Source: Octopus vulgaris
Lineage: Eukaryota
Assembly: GCA_951406725.2 (NCBI GenBank)
Contig: OX597815.1
Coordinates: forward strand, 20,646,001 to 20,710,000
Direction of reading: 5' to 3'
DNA length: 64,000 nucleotides
Shown here piece by piece: positions 1 through 12,506 of the stretch. Under the pieces are notes generated by a model. It did no database searches and was not told the origin of the DNA. It saw only the letters and a program-made list of their open reading frames with translations. A program made the position numbers and the translations under genes. Positions within the stretch are counted from its first letter, which is position 1. Each line of letters begins with the position of its first letter.

Positions 1-1492
1 AAGATTGATGAAATGAAAACTTTAAATAAACATTTCGTGTTTGTAAATGTTCTACTTAAGATTGATCTTGGCAAATACTAAAGCAATTAATAAACGATGT
101 ACCATAGAACTATACGAGTGGAATTGCTTTTCTCTGTTTATTTTACTATTTATTTAAAAAAAAAGAAGAAATCAGAATATAAAAAATATGCAAATTATAT
201 ATATATACATATATATATATATATGTGTGTGTGTGCGTGTGCGTGTGTGTGTGTGCGTGTGTGTGTGCTTACATATGAGTGTATCATTTATCTATCTGCC
301 TGTCTGTTTGTCTTCTGTTCGTCTGTCTGTCTGCCAATGTAAATATATATGTGTGTGTGCATGTAGATGTATATGCATATGTGTGTGTGCATGATGCATG
401 TGTATACCTGTGTGTATGTGTGTGTGTGTGTGTGTGTGTGAAGGATATAATGATTTCTTTTGACTAGACAGGAGGTTAGCTTTCTTGGAGAAAGGTTGTT
501 GAGTGAACCGATTCCAGAACTTATTTTGTTGTTCTCAACGGAAACATAAAGTGCAAAGCCGTATTGGATAAAATCAATCTAAGAAAATATTTCCTAAAAA
601 ATATACCTCGAATGAGAATTTGTCTAATGGCTAATATGTGAAATTGTGATAATATAAAACAGTACATGCATTACCAAGAGATACTATATATGTGTTTGTG
701 CTTATATATATGTATATAAAGAGGCATGTATGTTTGCATCGTATATATGAGCATATTTATGCCTAGTAGTGCTATTTTCTGTGTGTTATATACAGTGCCA
801 GTGCTTATGGTATTATTTGGCATTTGCTGTGTGGTTACTATCTATGTTTTCCTGATGTATTTTTCATCTTAAGTTTTCTATTTCTATTTCTGATATTTTT
901 TGTTTTGAGAATATATCTCCGTATGTTAGCTAATTTATTAGGGTTCATTGCTGTATCCAAATCTCTACTTAGGTTATTTTTCTTACAGATTTTATATGCA
1001 AATGATGTTGTGTTTTCGTTCTATGGGTAGAACACTGCTGCAAAATAAGCGTGTACAATTGAAATACATTCCTCCTGTGTCCATATTTGATTTTTAAAAT
1101 TTTATTTGTGGGACATGAAGAATAACCCCTGGCCCTTTATTTTTATGGTCATCATTTTTGTAGGGTACCGGTCCGTCCATTTCTGGTGTTAAATGGTTTT
1201 GCACGTATAGTATTTCGTACTTTTTGTGTAACAAATATAAAGTACGTACTTCCCGTTTGTTATCATTGGATTAAATAATACAGGTATTATTTAATTCATT
1301 ATTTTTCCCTTTTTTTTGTGTATGGTGGCTGGGGACGGAGACGGTCTGATGTTGATTGGACCGTTATGTAACGAGCGTGTCTAGACGTGTTGTGCGAGTG
1401 ATGGAGATGATACATGGTTAAAATACATCATTTCATTTGGAATATAGAAATAAACTTAAATGAGTATTACTTGCTCAGATATAGTCCAACAC

Positions 1493-1552
<60 letters not shown>

Positions 1553-1605
1553 CATCATCATCATCATTATCATCATCATCATTATTATTATTATTATTAT
1601 TATTT

Positions 1606-2059
1606 TTTCTTCTTCTTTCAAATTTGCTTCCATTTCTTGCCGAGCGTCTTCCCGACTCCTAGGGCAAAGAAACTCATAGTATGCATTGGTAGGCCATTAA
1701 ACCAAACTTAATAGTTCGTTCATTTTTTAATTTTTTTTATTTTTTAAGGTTAAATTAAAATACATGGGCAGTAACAGCTCTCACAGCGACAATGCTCTTC
1801 TCAATACGTGTGATGTACCAGTTAAGACAATCTTTTGCACTTCTTGAAGGGATGGTAAGCCAGGGATCATTCTCATATAATTTTCGGATCCCTTCTTGAT
1901 CATTCCTAGTGCTCCTACGATCACTGGTATTGTAACCGCCTTGAGATGCCACATTTTCTCAATTTCAATGAGCAGGTCTTTATATTTTCTGAGCTTGTCA
2001 AACTCTTTCGCCGAGATATTATGATCACAGTGGATGCTCATGTCGATCAATAAGCAAAC

Positions 2060-2062
<3 letters not shown>
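1606..2062 (-). mobile_element. 3' fragment of an R4/Dong-like non-LTR retrotransposon: C-terminal restriction-like endonuclease region (1781-2062) plus 3' UTR, embedded in (TAA)n
   Basis: The minus-strand frame reads KVCLLIDMSIHCDHNISAKEFDKLRKYKDLLIEIEKMWHLKAVTIPVIVGALG...EVQKIVLTGTSHVLRRALSL*, matching the 'IDxxxPxDxNIxxKExEKxxKY...IPVVIGALG...LLGT' pattern of R4-clade RLE domains. It is flanked on both sides by TAA repeats. The poly-N start of the track ORF is only the microsatellite. Confidence 0.8.
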
Positions 2063-2131
<69 letters not shown>

Positions 2132-2134
2132 GTT

Positions 2135-2438
2135 ATTTTGGTTTGGCTCAGGTTCGGTCAAATTCCTGGTAGGAGTTCTGTGGGTAGCAGGTTACTGCTT
2201 GTAACCTTAGCTATCCAGAAGCGTTCAACTGTCTTTCAAGTGCTTAGAAATCTCCCGATAATCCTTGCTGTCCCTAAGAGACAAACGTTCTGTTGGAGCT
2301 CTAACGGGCATTTAATTCTAATCTTCTCCAGCCATTTGTCTATATCTTTGCTTACTGTTGCCAGCGCACAAATTATTATAAGCACGGCATTTACTGTTCT
2401 CATGCTCCAAATTCTTCCTATTTTAAATTTTAAGGGAT
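2135..2438 (-). mobile_element. Second, divergent R4/Dong-like 3' fragment (RLE C-terminus plus 3' UTR)
   Basis: Manual translation of 2437->2236 gives PLKFKIGRIWSMRTVNAVLIIICALATVSKDIDKWLEKIRIKCPLELQQNVCLLGTARIIGRFLST*. It is homologous to the neighbouring fragment and bounded by (TAA)n on both sides. Confidence 0.7.
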
Positions 2439-2439
2439 T

Positions 2440-2513
<74 letters not shown>

Positions 2514-2737
2514 TTGTTTTTCGTCCTATTTCTTTACAATCCTGGAATCAAACGGGCATGATGGGTCCATGAGTAAGCAACTTCGCTTTTCTTTATCTAT
2601 GACCCTGTCCGGTTTCATCCCTTCGATGTCGATAAATTAAAGTGAAACCCTGGAGTCGATGTAATCCACAATCCCCCTACCCCCAAAATGTCAGACCTTG
2701 TGCCTTTAGTAGAAAGGATTATTATTATTATTATTAT

Positions 2738-2866
2738 TCTATGTTTGACTTTTGCTTTATATTTGTACAAGTTGGCTCCAAGTCTCACCCAGAGACCTCA
2801 AGAGACAACAGGGTTGGAAGTTCATGTTGTTGTTCTTCAGCTTCCACATTTTGCTTCCACATTTTG
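2738..2866 (-). mobile_element. Probable 3' UTR remnant of a further TAA-tailed retroelement
   Basis: Unique sequence sandwiched between (TTA)n runs. On the minus strand it ends ...aagtcaaacatagaataataat, the same layout as the two Dong-like fragments. No coding sequence remains. Confidence 0.4.
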
Positions 2867-2927
<61 letters not shown>

Positions 2928-3752
2928 TCAGTTAACATGTAGTTGATTCACAGATTCATTAGAGCGATGAACATAGTTTTTGTAGAATTTGTTTTGGTTC
3001 TTTATTTTCCGAGTTCACATCTAGTCAGGATCAACTTTGCCTTTAATCCGTCCAGGCTCGATAACATAAAGCGCTAATCAAGTGCTGATATCGATTTTAT
3101 TCATTAATATATTCCCCAATATGTGTAACCTTGTGTTTATGCAGCAAACGAGAATTATTATTTCAATAGACTTTTATTGCATGCATTCACTGTAGAACTG
3201 AGCAGGTCGGAGCGCCTTGTTACATCTTCAACGTGATTTTATTCTCTATGTTGTGTTCAAATTAATCAAAGTTATACTTAGGTGCTTAGGTAGTTGATAT
3301 GAATGAAAGTTAAGGGTTTGGGTTATTTTTCTGTATCATTAAAAAAAAAAATCTCATATTTTGAGTGGTTACTGTTTTCAATCTGCAAACAATGGCTATC
3401 TGAAATTGAAGGTCTTGAGAATATCTCCATTTCGAAGTCATTAAAAATAACTCTCTTTCCAGCATTTTTCTATCTCGATGTAAGAACGCAATATAAAAAT
3501 TTATTACCTGTTCATTATTACGTGAGAGTAATTCAGCCTACTGCAACAAATAATTTATCCGTAAACAAAATTAAAATAAATAATTGAATAACTATGGAAG
3601 TAGCAATGCATTAGCTTTTCTTATAAATATAGTGAAAATGTATGTATGTATGTATATATATATATCGATAGATAGATATATAGATAGATGGATGGAAGGA
3701 TAGACAGATAGGTAGATATAGATATATAAATATAAAAACAGAGGTACCAGGG

Positions 3753-3819
<67 letters not shown>

Positions 3820-4144
3820 CATATAGATACATACAAACATATTTATATAAATGCATACAAGAATATTTATTTACTTATATGTATGTACCACCCATATATA
3901 TTCACATACACAGTAACATGTATACAGACAGAAGGAGAATATATATCAATATATACATGTGCCTACATAGATGAATGTACATAAAAGCTAATATACATAA
4001 TCGTGCATATATATAAATAAATATATATGTAAATATATATGCATTCATATATACACATATATATCTATAATATAGATATATGTATACACATATGCATATA
4101 TTACATACATATATATAAATGCATATAAAAATATGTACATATTC

Positions 4145-4191
<47 letters not shown>

Positions 4192-5116
4192 CATGTATGT
4201 ATGTATAATACAAACACGTACAAACACAAGCATATATATTGATTAGCTTCTGTCTTTTTTCTCCTCTTTCCTTGAGAGAGAGAGGGGGAGAGAGGGAGAG
4301 AGAGAAGTAGAAGAGAGAGAAAGTGAGAGAAACTAATTATATTATGAAGATTAAAAAAAATCTATATTTTAAATTACAGAAAACGTCGTTAGAATTCGGA
4401 AACTTTTATGAAATTCTAACGAAATATGAGCCAATTAATGTATAAATAAGTATAATTGAATTTTTAAAATATTGAAAGATTCAACAATTTAGAATTTTTT
4501 TTTTCTTTGTTTTAATTTCAAAATGCTCTGGAATGGTATTATATCGTTGTTTCCTTTGCTATTTAAGTATTGTGACGGTTACATACAACAACACGTTGAG
4601 TGGTTGGAATAAATGGTAAAAGTAAATATGCGAAAAAGAAAAAAAGACAAAAAATTGGGGAAAGGAAGAAAAATAAACGATTTCCAACTCAGTATGAGAA
4701 AAATTATTCAAGTCTGAATTTATCATCAAGTAAATGCAATGATATTGAAGTTAGAAATACAGAAATGTATGGAATTATAGTGAGAGTGTCTCAGAGCTCA
4801 GGAAGATGTAAAATTCGTAGCGGTAAAGGTGGTGGTAGTGGTAGTAGGCAGTGGTGGTGATGGGGGGGGAGATAGTGTGTTGTTAGTGGAAAGCTCTGTG
4901 TGTAGGATCAGTTTTTAATGTGCAGAAAGTTGCACACACACACATGCATGTACAACAATACTCGCAGAAGCCCAACAAATATATGTGAGCGTAAGCAATA
5001 TATGTACATGCATGTACATATGTACATACACACGCACACACATATATAAATTTACATATATATGTGTATATATACGTATGTGCATAAATACAGGTAGGTA
5101 TAGATATGCTTATATA

Positions 5117-5163
<47 letters not shown>

Positions 5164-5220
5164 AAACAAATACAAACATATAAGCAGATATATATATATA
5201 TGTATATATATATATGTATA

Positions 5221-5261
<41 letters not shown>

Positions 5262-5265
<4 letters not shown>

Positions 5266-5508
5266 TGATAAAAATGGTAAGACAACAAAAGAATGAAAGA
5301 GACCTCGGTATTATGTAAACAGAGGAATTTATCTGTAAATGTAATATGTGACAATTATTTGTTAGCCATCATAAAGCTCCGAGTTTCGGATGCCAAGGTG
5401 GATTTTTCCGATGGCCGGATAACTGAAAAGATGGCGGCGTGGATTTCCACTTCGGCATCCGAAACTCGGAGTTTATCTATGGTTACCGAATAATTGTCAC
5501 ATATTACA
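5262..5508 (+). mobile_element. PLE pseudo-LTR-like repeat with an inverted duplication (arms about 5340-5402 and 5446-5508) and a degenerate hammerhead
   Basis: tgtaatatgtgacaattat...gagtttcggatgcc is the reverse complement of ggcatccgaaactcggag...ataattgtcacatattaca. The + strand reads gataa CTGAAAA [stem II ending ggcatcc] GAAAC tcgga GTT tatc. A related fragment lies at about 15015-15058. Confidence 0.55.
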
Positions 5509-5517
5509 CACACACAC

Positions 5518-5768
<251 letters not shown>

Positions 5769-6552
5769 ACACACACACACATATATATATTTATATATAT
5801 ATATATTTATTCGTGTGTGTTCGTGTATGTATGTATATACAAATACATGCACATGAGCGTGTATGCATATGTGTATGTTTCTCTATATGCATTTAGGCCT
5901 GACTGCTTCTGACGTTTTACGCTGCTATACAGAAATATGGACACAGCAATTCTCAGCTGATTTTGTTGTAGCTACAACAGCAAAAGACAAAATGTCGGTG
6001 TGTCACATCGTGCGTGACTTTGTTGATGACTTTCATGTTATTCCGAATATAGAAACAGAACTTTCAATCTGTACCTGTAATCGAAACTAGATCTGTCTTT
6101 CTTCCGTACATTGTTAGTGAAAGTCTATGAAAAAATATTTTTCTGTCGAAGAGAAATTGCTTTTTTAGAAATAGTTTTGTGTGGAGCGGCCTTTCCAAGA
6201 TGGTTCATACAATCATTAGAGGCCTACTGAAACCTTTCTTTCGCCAAAAGCGTTTCGAGAGCGACGTAGTGTTTATCTTTGCGTATACGTAGCGTTTATC
6301 TTCGCGTATACACTTGTTAACTGTCTCTTACATGAATTTTCTACCACACACTGCACGCGCGCACACACTCACACACACACACGCACATAAGGACACACTC
6401 ATAAACATACATAATATACAGTTTATCGTTAGTTTATATATGTATAAACACACACACATATATATGTATTTATAATTGTACGTATATATGCATTCATGTG
6501 TATACATTTACATATACGCCACACATACACATACACACACATTTGCGCATAC

Positions 6553-6788
6553 TCTTTATTCTTTACTCTCTTTTACTTGTTTCAGTCATTTGACTGCGGC
6601 CATGCTGGAGCACCGCCTTTAGTCGAGCAACTCGACCCCGGGACTTATTCTTTGTAAGCCCAGTACTTGCTCTGGTCGTCCCGAGGCTATAGTAGAAGAC
6701 ACTTGCCCAAGATGCCACGCAGTGGGACTGAACCAGGAACCATGTGGTTGGTAAGCAAGCTACTTACCACACAGCCACTCCTGCGCCT
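6553..6788 (-). mobile_element. SINE family A (tRNA-derived), internally deleted copy
   Basis: Head aggcgcaggagtggctgtgtggtaag (A-box-like) and ggttcagtccc (B-box-like), with the same 3' end ...ccagcatggccgcagtcaaatgactgaaacaagtaaaagag as the other copies. The central microsatellite block is missing. Confidence 0.85.
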
Positions 6789-7376
6789 TATATAAGTTAT
6801 ATTATTTTTAAAATGAGTAAAGATTATAAGTTTTCCTACTCTAGAGTATAAATTTACAATATTTACATCATTATCTTTTGATCGGATAGATTTCCGATCA
6901 TTTTCAGGTTTCCTATTCCAGAGTATGTATCTAGTTTCATATTTATTTAATTCCATTTTGTGTGTGCGCACATATCTATTCCCAAATAAGCTACTTTATA
7001 TCGAACCTAGATTAAACCCATCGAAACCTAACGCAGAGATTAAAACTGTAAATATGAATTCAAAAGATGAAATTAGGAGAGGAAACAATTGAATATCTTA
7101 GAATTTAGACGTGAAAAATATAGTTTATTAAAGCACGACACTCCTAATCTACTGATTAAATTGTGGATTTCAATATCTATAATAAAATAAATCTAAATTT
7201 CTTGTAGAACTCCCATACATAACATGCTACTTTTTACGATATTCGTCTCGATTTGGTGGCTGAAACTGTCTAAAAATCTTACAATACCATATGTAATGCT
7301 ATGTTGCACAGCTGCTAAAAGAGTGGATACTCTGTTATTATTCAATATATTAGACTGTAATATTTAAATTTGCATC

Positions 7377-7825
7377 AGGTGGTGAGCTGACAGAACCTTT
7401 AGCACACCGGGCAAGAATACTTAGCGGCATTTCGTACATTCTGAGTTAAAATTTCGCCAGGCTCGACTTCACCTTCTATCCTTTTGGGATCGATAAAATT
7501 AATACCTATTTCTTTACTATCCACAAGGAGCTAAACACAGAGAGGACAAACAAGGACAGACAAAGGGATTAAGTCGATTATATCGACCCCAGAGCGTAAC
7601 TGGTACTTAATTTATCGACCCAGAAAGGATGAAAGGCAAAGTCGACCTCGGCGGAATTTGAACTCAGAACGTAACGGCAGACGAAATACTGCTAAGCATT
7701 TCGCCCGGCGTGTTAACGATTCTGCCAGCTCACCGATAAAATTAATACTAGTTGAACACTGGGGTCGATGCAGCCAAATTATCCTCTCCCATGAAATTGC
7801 TGGCCTCGTGCCGAAATATAAAAAT
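7377..7825 (+). mobile_element. Older SINE family B copy interrupted by a younger inverted B copy
   Basis: The 5' part 7377-7505 and the 3' part 7734-7825 join into one B element. Confidence 0.75.
7506..7733 (-). mobile_element. SINE family B, young copy with a 15-bp target-site duplication (TSD)
   Basis: Reverse complement of the 36610-36841 copy, flanked by cgataaaattaatac at 7491-7505 and 7734-7748. Confidence 0.9.
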
Positions 7826-7994
7826 TAATATCTAATTTTATGTAAACTATAGGCACAAGGCCTGGATTTTCATGGAAGGAAACCAGTTGATTATATTGAC
7901 CCCAGTGCTGGACTGGTGTTTATTTTATTGACTTCAAAATGAAAAGTCTGCCAGCTCCTCGCTTTATATTGATGTATAATAATAAAATATCTAT

Positions 7995-8383
7995 AATGTA
8001 AAGTATAATAGCCATCTCAATATAGCTAACCACAAAGGGTGGGTGTTACTGTAGCTTTTAGCCCCAGGAGATCATCGTCTCCAGCTGGCTTTAGGCACAC
8101 TATCTGTGCCCTTATAGTATTTGCAAAGGGAGGCCATCCCTTTATCATAAGCGTAAGTGATATGTACCGGACCGCGGTTTCGAGGTTGTTGCCTCTTGTC
8201 AACGGGCGGTAATCATCGGATCACGATGAAAGGGAAAGCCTGTATGCAAATATATGTGTTTTTCTAGTAACTTCCGTCACTGATTTCGAAAAACTGTCTG
8301 CAAGCATTATTAAATCTCTGAACGAGATGTAAACAGTAACCGCTCGACAATGTAAAGTATAATAGCCATCTCAATATGGCTAA
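7995..8383 (-). mobile_element. Retrozyme/PLE-LTR-like element: 354-bp monomer plus 35-bp terminal redundancy
   Basis: aatgtaaagtataatagccatctcaatat(a/g)gctaa occurs at 7995-8029 and 8349-8383. The element contains a hammerhead fold, and a homologous fragment lies at 55013-55165. Confidence 0.75.
8167..8205 (-). ncRNA. Minimal type I hammerhead ribozyme candidate, U3:A8 core variant
   Basis: The minus strand reads CCG UUGACAA GAGG CAACAA CCUC GAAAC CGCG GUC CGG. Stem I is CCG/CGG, stem II is GAGG/CCUC, stem III is the palindrome ACCGCGGU, and the cleavage triplet is GUC. Confidence 0.7.
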
Positions 8384-8486
8384 AAACGAATAATTTGTTT
8401 TTTTCGTTGATTGTGAGTGGGTGGGAATTTTTCAATCTAACACCATGTATTATTAGCAACTTTAATAATATTAATCTTGGTTTTAA

Positions 8487-8696
8487 AGGTGGCTAGCTGG
8501 CAGCATCGCTAGCACGCTGAGTAAAATGCTTAGCGGTTTTTTCGTCTATACGTTTTGAGTTCGAATTCAACTGAAATCGAATTTGCCTTTCATTCTTTCG
8601 AGTCGATAAAATAAGTATCAGTTGAGCACTGGAGTCGATGTAATCGATTTATTCCCTTCCCAAAATTCTTGGCCTTGTGCCAAAATTTGAAACCAA
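8487..8696 (+). mobile_element. SINE family B variant with an alternative 3' tail
   Basis: Head aggtggctagctggcag, central gcctttcattctttcgagtcgataaaataagtatc, tail ggccttgtgccaaaatttgaaacc. Confidence 0.75.
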
Positions 8697-8934
8697 TTAC
8701 TTTTGATTTTAGTGAAAAGAAGTAATTAATAAGAGGCAATTTCATGGTAATTGAAACTGAGAATTTGTTAAGCATTCACAATTATCATTAAATTCTAAGC
8801 ACATCGCTAGCCAAAGTATGAACCATATTGTTCATTTACAAAAGTTATACCTTCGTAAATGAAGAGAAATATTATGAAAAATATTCGTTAGAGTAAGCCT
8901 TTAAGCATGTCAATAAGGCACAACTGATTTAATG

Positions 8935-8980
<46 letters not shown>

Positions 8981-8982
<2 letters not shown>

Positions 8983-9938
8983 CGTGCAAACCTTCGATGC
9001 AACCTTCTCCAATGCAGATCTTCGATGCCGATCTCCGAGGCAACCTTCTCCAATGCATATCTTCGATGCAGCCTTGACCGATAGTACCCATAGGAAGGGT
9101 TAGGTCTAGATTGGGATTAGTCGCTGCCTTCCAGAGGTTCATGGACCCCCTTTCGCTAGATTAGCTTAGGCTTCGGTTGAGGCTTAGTTGTGATCCGAAC
9201 ATAACCTCTTCTGACACAGAGGATCGGGAGCCCTTTTTAAGCGTTCTATTTTCCTTGCTGGAAGGGCTCCCAACCCATGGGACAAGAGGAGGGGTTTAGA
9301 TGATGGGGTTGGTAGTTTCGAAAGGGCCTGCATGTGCAACCTGATCGCCTCTGTCGGTCAAACTCCCAACCCATGCGTTTCCGTCGCGACACTGATTCTG
9401 CAGAACTGGGTTGTGTGGGAAAACCAACTTTAAAGTATAAATACAGATTTTTTGAATCAGCAATGTTGTGTTCAGTTAAGTCTTATTTGGGGTGAAAAAT
9501 CAATAAACTGATTCCTTATGGGGTTTTCCATTTAATCAGGATGAAAAATCGATAAACCGATTCCTTATAGGATTTCTCACTAAAATTGGCTACACCCCAT
9601 TTTCAACCATTTTCAGTTTTTACCAATTTTGATGTATTTTGTTCAAACTTGATGCCGGCGTTCCTTAGGTCTCATGGATCTTTGAATGCTTTAAGTTCTC
9701 AAAAAAAAAAAAAAACGAAAAAGAAAAACAATCGATGAGTGGAAAAATCGATAAACCGATTCCTTATGGGATTTCCCAATCAAATTGTCTGCAACCCATT
9801 TTCAGCCATACGTTTACCAATTTCAACGGATTTCGCTCAAACTTGACATCGGTGTTACCTAGTTTGGTTTGAAACAAAGCGCTTGATTAGCTCAATAATC
9901 CTAACTTAATCCCTGGCAACGCCGGGCATTACTGCTAG
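8981..9938 (+). mobile_element. Non-autonomous Helitron-like element (5' boundary uncertain)
   Basis: 3' subterminal GC hairpin ccctggcaacgccggg followed by actgCTAG|T (CTAG at 9935-9938). Three internal repeats of aaaatc(g/a)ataaac(c/t)gattccttat lie at about 9496, 9545 and 9744. The 3' end matches 39607-39998. Confidence 0.65.
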
Positions 9939-9977
9939 TATATATATATTTACACACACATATATATGATATAAATG

Positions 9978-10011
<34 letters not shown>

Positions 10012-10045
10012 TGTATGTATGTATGTATGTATGTATGTATATACA

Positions 10046-10260
10046 TTCAAAATGTGATCGTGTGTGTACCGTTGGCGATTTTTTCCCCCTGTCTTCCCTT
10101 CTTTGGATATTTCTTTTTCCTATGTTTCTGACGAAGAGCTCCGCTCGAAACGTTAATACCCCTTCTTTCCTTCTTTCCTGAGCGTCCAATAATACTATAC
10201 TTGTTCCACGTCCTCGCGTTGTTGTGTTTTCTCTTTGTGTTTTCATGTTTGGATTAACTA
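10046..10260 (+). mobile_element. HHR repeat family 1 (PLE-LTR/retrozyme-like), copy 1
   Basis: About 215 bp, closely similar to 26171-26387 and 47287-47499. All three copies end ggattaac|(ta)n. Confidence 0.8.
10123..10158 (+). ncRNA. Minimal hammerhead ribozyme candidate (family 1)
   Basis: guuu CUGACGA A GAGC UCC GCUC GAAAC GUU aa. The core is canonical with an extra A after A9, a 4-bp stem II and a loopless palindromic stem III (AACGUU). Confidence 0.65.
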
Positions 10261-10311
10261 TACATATATATATATATATATATATACATACATACATACA
10301 CACACACGCAC

Positions 10312-10360
<49 letters not shown>

Positions 10361-11075
10361 CACACAAAAACATATTTGTGTGTTGGGCTGGGGTACGTAT
10401 CAGTTATGAAATCAATACTCGTTTTGTAATATCTTTAGTTACATTGACTATTAATCGCAACTGGACAGAACAGATGGCAGCGTTGTTACAAAGGTTGACA
10501 ATTAACTATAATTACATTTTGCCTTTTTACCTGAACAAAAGTCATGCAGCAATATGGCAACGAAAACTAAATTAACAATGGAGATAATTTCCATAGTAGA
10601 CAAGAGGATTAAGAAGAAGAACGAAAAACAAGGTGTGTTACAGAAATTTATTGTTGCTAATTAATGAAGAAATTATTAATGGCATAACTCATGAATATCG
10701 CCTGTTGATATTTCTCATTGTTTGGTATTATCTTATCCAGTATTGCTCAATATTGTCTTGTAACTATTTAAACGTCTTAGATATTAATTAAATATGAAAA
10801 AGACATTATCAGCTAACTTAGTTTTCCATAATGCAGCATTATAAAATATAGATAATAACGTGAATAATAGATCTATGTATAGTAATATTTGATAGCTTTT
10901 CAATTAATAATTTTCCAAACACTAGCCAAAATGAGTAAGTCATCCCTAAATATTTCAATTCTTGGTCAGATAAAATGGTGAATGTTGGTAGCTTCATGAC
11001 AAATACAAAGTAGTTTTATTCCCTAAACATTTTATTCATTACCTGTATTATAATACCTCTCATTACATTATCTTG

Positions 11076-11279
11076 TTCTTACTCTTTTACTCTTTCACTT
11101 GTTTCAGTCATTTGACCGTGGCCATGCTGGAGCACCGCCTTTAGTCGAGGAAATCGACCCCAGGACTTATTCTTTGTAAGCCTTGTGCTTATTCTCTTTT
11201 GCTGAACCGCTAAGTTATTTTGACGTAAACACATCAGCATCGGTTGTCAAGAGATGTTGGGGGACAAACAGACATACAA

Positions 11280-11349
<70 letters not shown>

Positions 11350-11407
11350 ACATATATATATATATATATAAATGTAATATTTATAAAATGTAAAATTTTA
11401 TAAAATG

Positions 11408-11452
<45 letters not shown>

Positions 11453-11616
11453 CGACGGGCTTCTTTCAGTTTCCGTCTACCAAATCCACTCACAAGGCTT
11501 TGGTCAACCCGAGGGTATAGTAGAAGACACTTGCCCAAGATGCCACGCAGTGGGACTGAACCTAGAACCATGTGGTTGGTAAACAACCTTCTTACCACAC
11601 AACCACTCATATGCTT
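11076..11616 (-). mobile_element. SINE family A, near full length with an expanded internal (CA)n/(TA)n
   Basis: Both halves match the other A copies. Confidence 0.85.
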
Positions 11617-11654
11617 ATCCAATATATTGTTTTTAAAACGTTATCGTTTACTTA

Positions 11655-11815
11655 CCTTTGTCATTGAACTGCGGTCATGCTGGGGCACCGCCTTCGAGGG
11701 TTTAGGCGAAACAAATCGACTTCAGTATTTATATTTTTATGTCTGGTACTTATTCTATCGGTCTTATTTGCCGAACCACTACGGGATGTCAAACGGTGGA
11801 GACGAATACGAACAC
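11655..11815 (-). mobile_element. Older SINE A-related 3' fragment
   Basis: Contains gcggtcatgctggggcaccgcc and ggtacttattctatcggtc...gccgaacc, both shared with family A. Confidence 0.6.
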
Positions 11816-11865
11816 AAGGACGTACACACATCTCTCCTTCACTTTTTCATTCTCTCTCTCTCTCA

Positions 11866-12020
11866 TGATTGATTGATTGATTGATTGATTCTAGTTTCAG
11901 CTTATGAGCTGTGGCCATGCTGGGGCACCGCCATTTGGTGTTGCTACTTGGTTTCACTTCATGGAGGCTTTCTAGCAACTGCTATTTGGTGCATGAGAGA
12001 GTTCGATGCAGCTGCCCTCA
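11866..12020 (-). mobile_element. 3' end of the CR1-type LINE family with an (AATC)n tail
   Basis: Matches 35369-35500 (…MRAAASNSLMHQ… and the 3' UTR ggcggtgccccagcatggccacagctcataagctgaaactag). Confidence 0.8.
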
Positions 12021-12086
12021 TATATATATACATATATTTTTTTTGCTTGTTTCAGCTTAGAGCTGCGGCCATGTTGATGCACCGCC

Positions 12087-12166
<80 letters not shown>

Positions 12167-12285
12167 GGGTGTATGGAAAATTAAAAAAGAAAAAATAATA
12201 AATCAAACCGGTTTTTATGGCAAAGCGAATTATCAAGATTTGGAAGGGGAAAAGATTTATATATATGTAGGTATATGTATGTATG

Positions 12286-12346
<61 letters not shown>

Positions 12347-12383
12347 ATATATATGTATATACATATGTATATATAGATATATA

Positions 12384-12416
<33 letters not shown>

Positions 12417-12465
12417 GTAGGTATATGTATGTATGTATATATATATGTATGTATATATATATATG

Positions 12466-12506
<41 letters not shown>

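Noticed and set aside
2138-2572. 144-aa plus-strand ORF
   Set aside because: It is antisense to the Dong-like fragment and runs into (TAT)n.
9490-9775. Three ~27-bp direct repeats with spacers, superficially CRISPR-like
   Set aside because: Spacing is irregular (about 49 and 199 bp), the spacers are similar to each other, the context is eukaryotic and there are no cas genes. They are internal repeats of a Helitron-like element.
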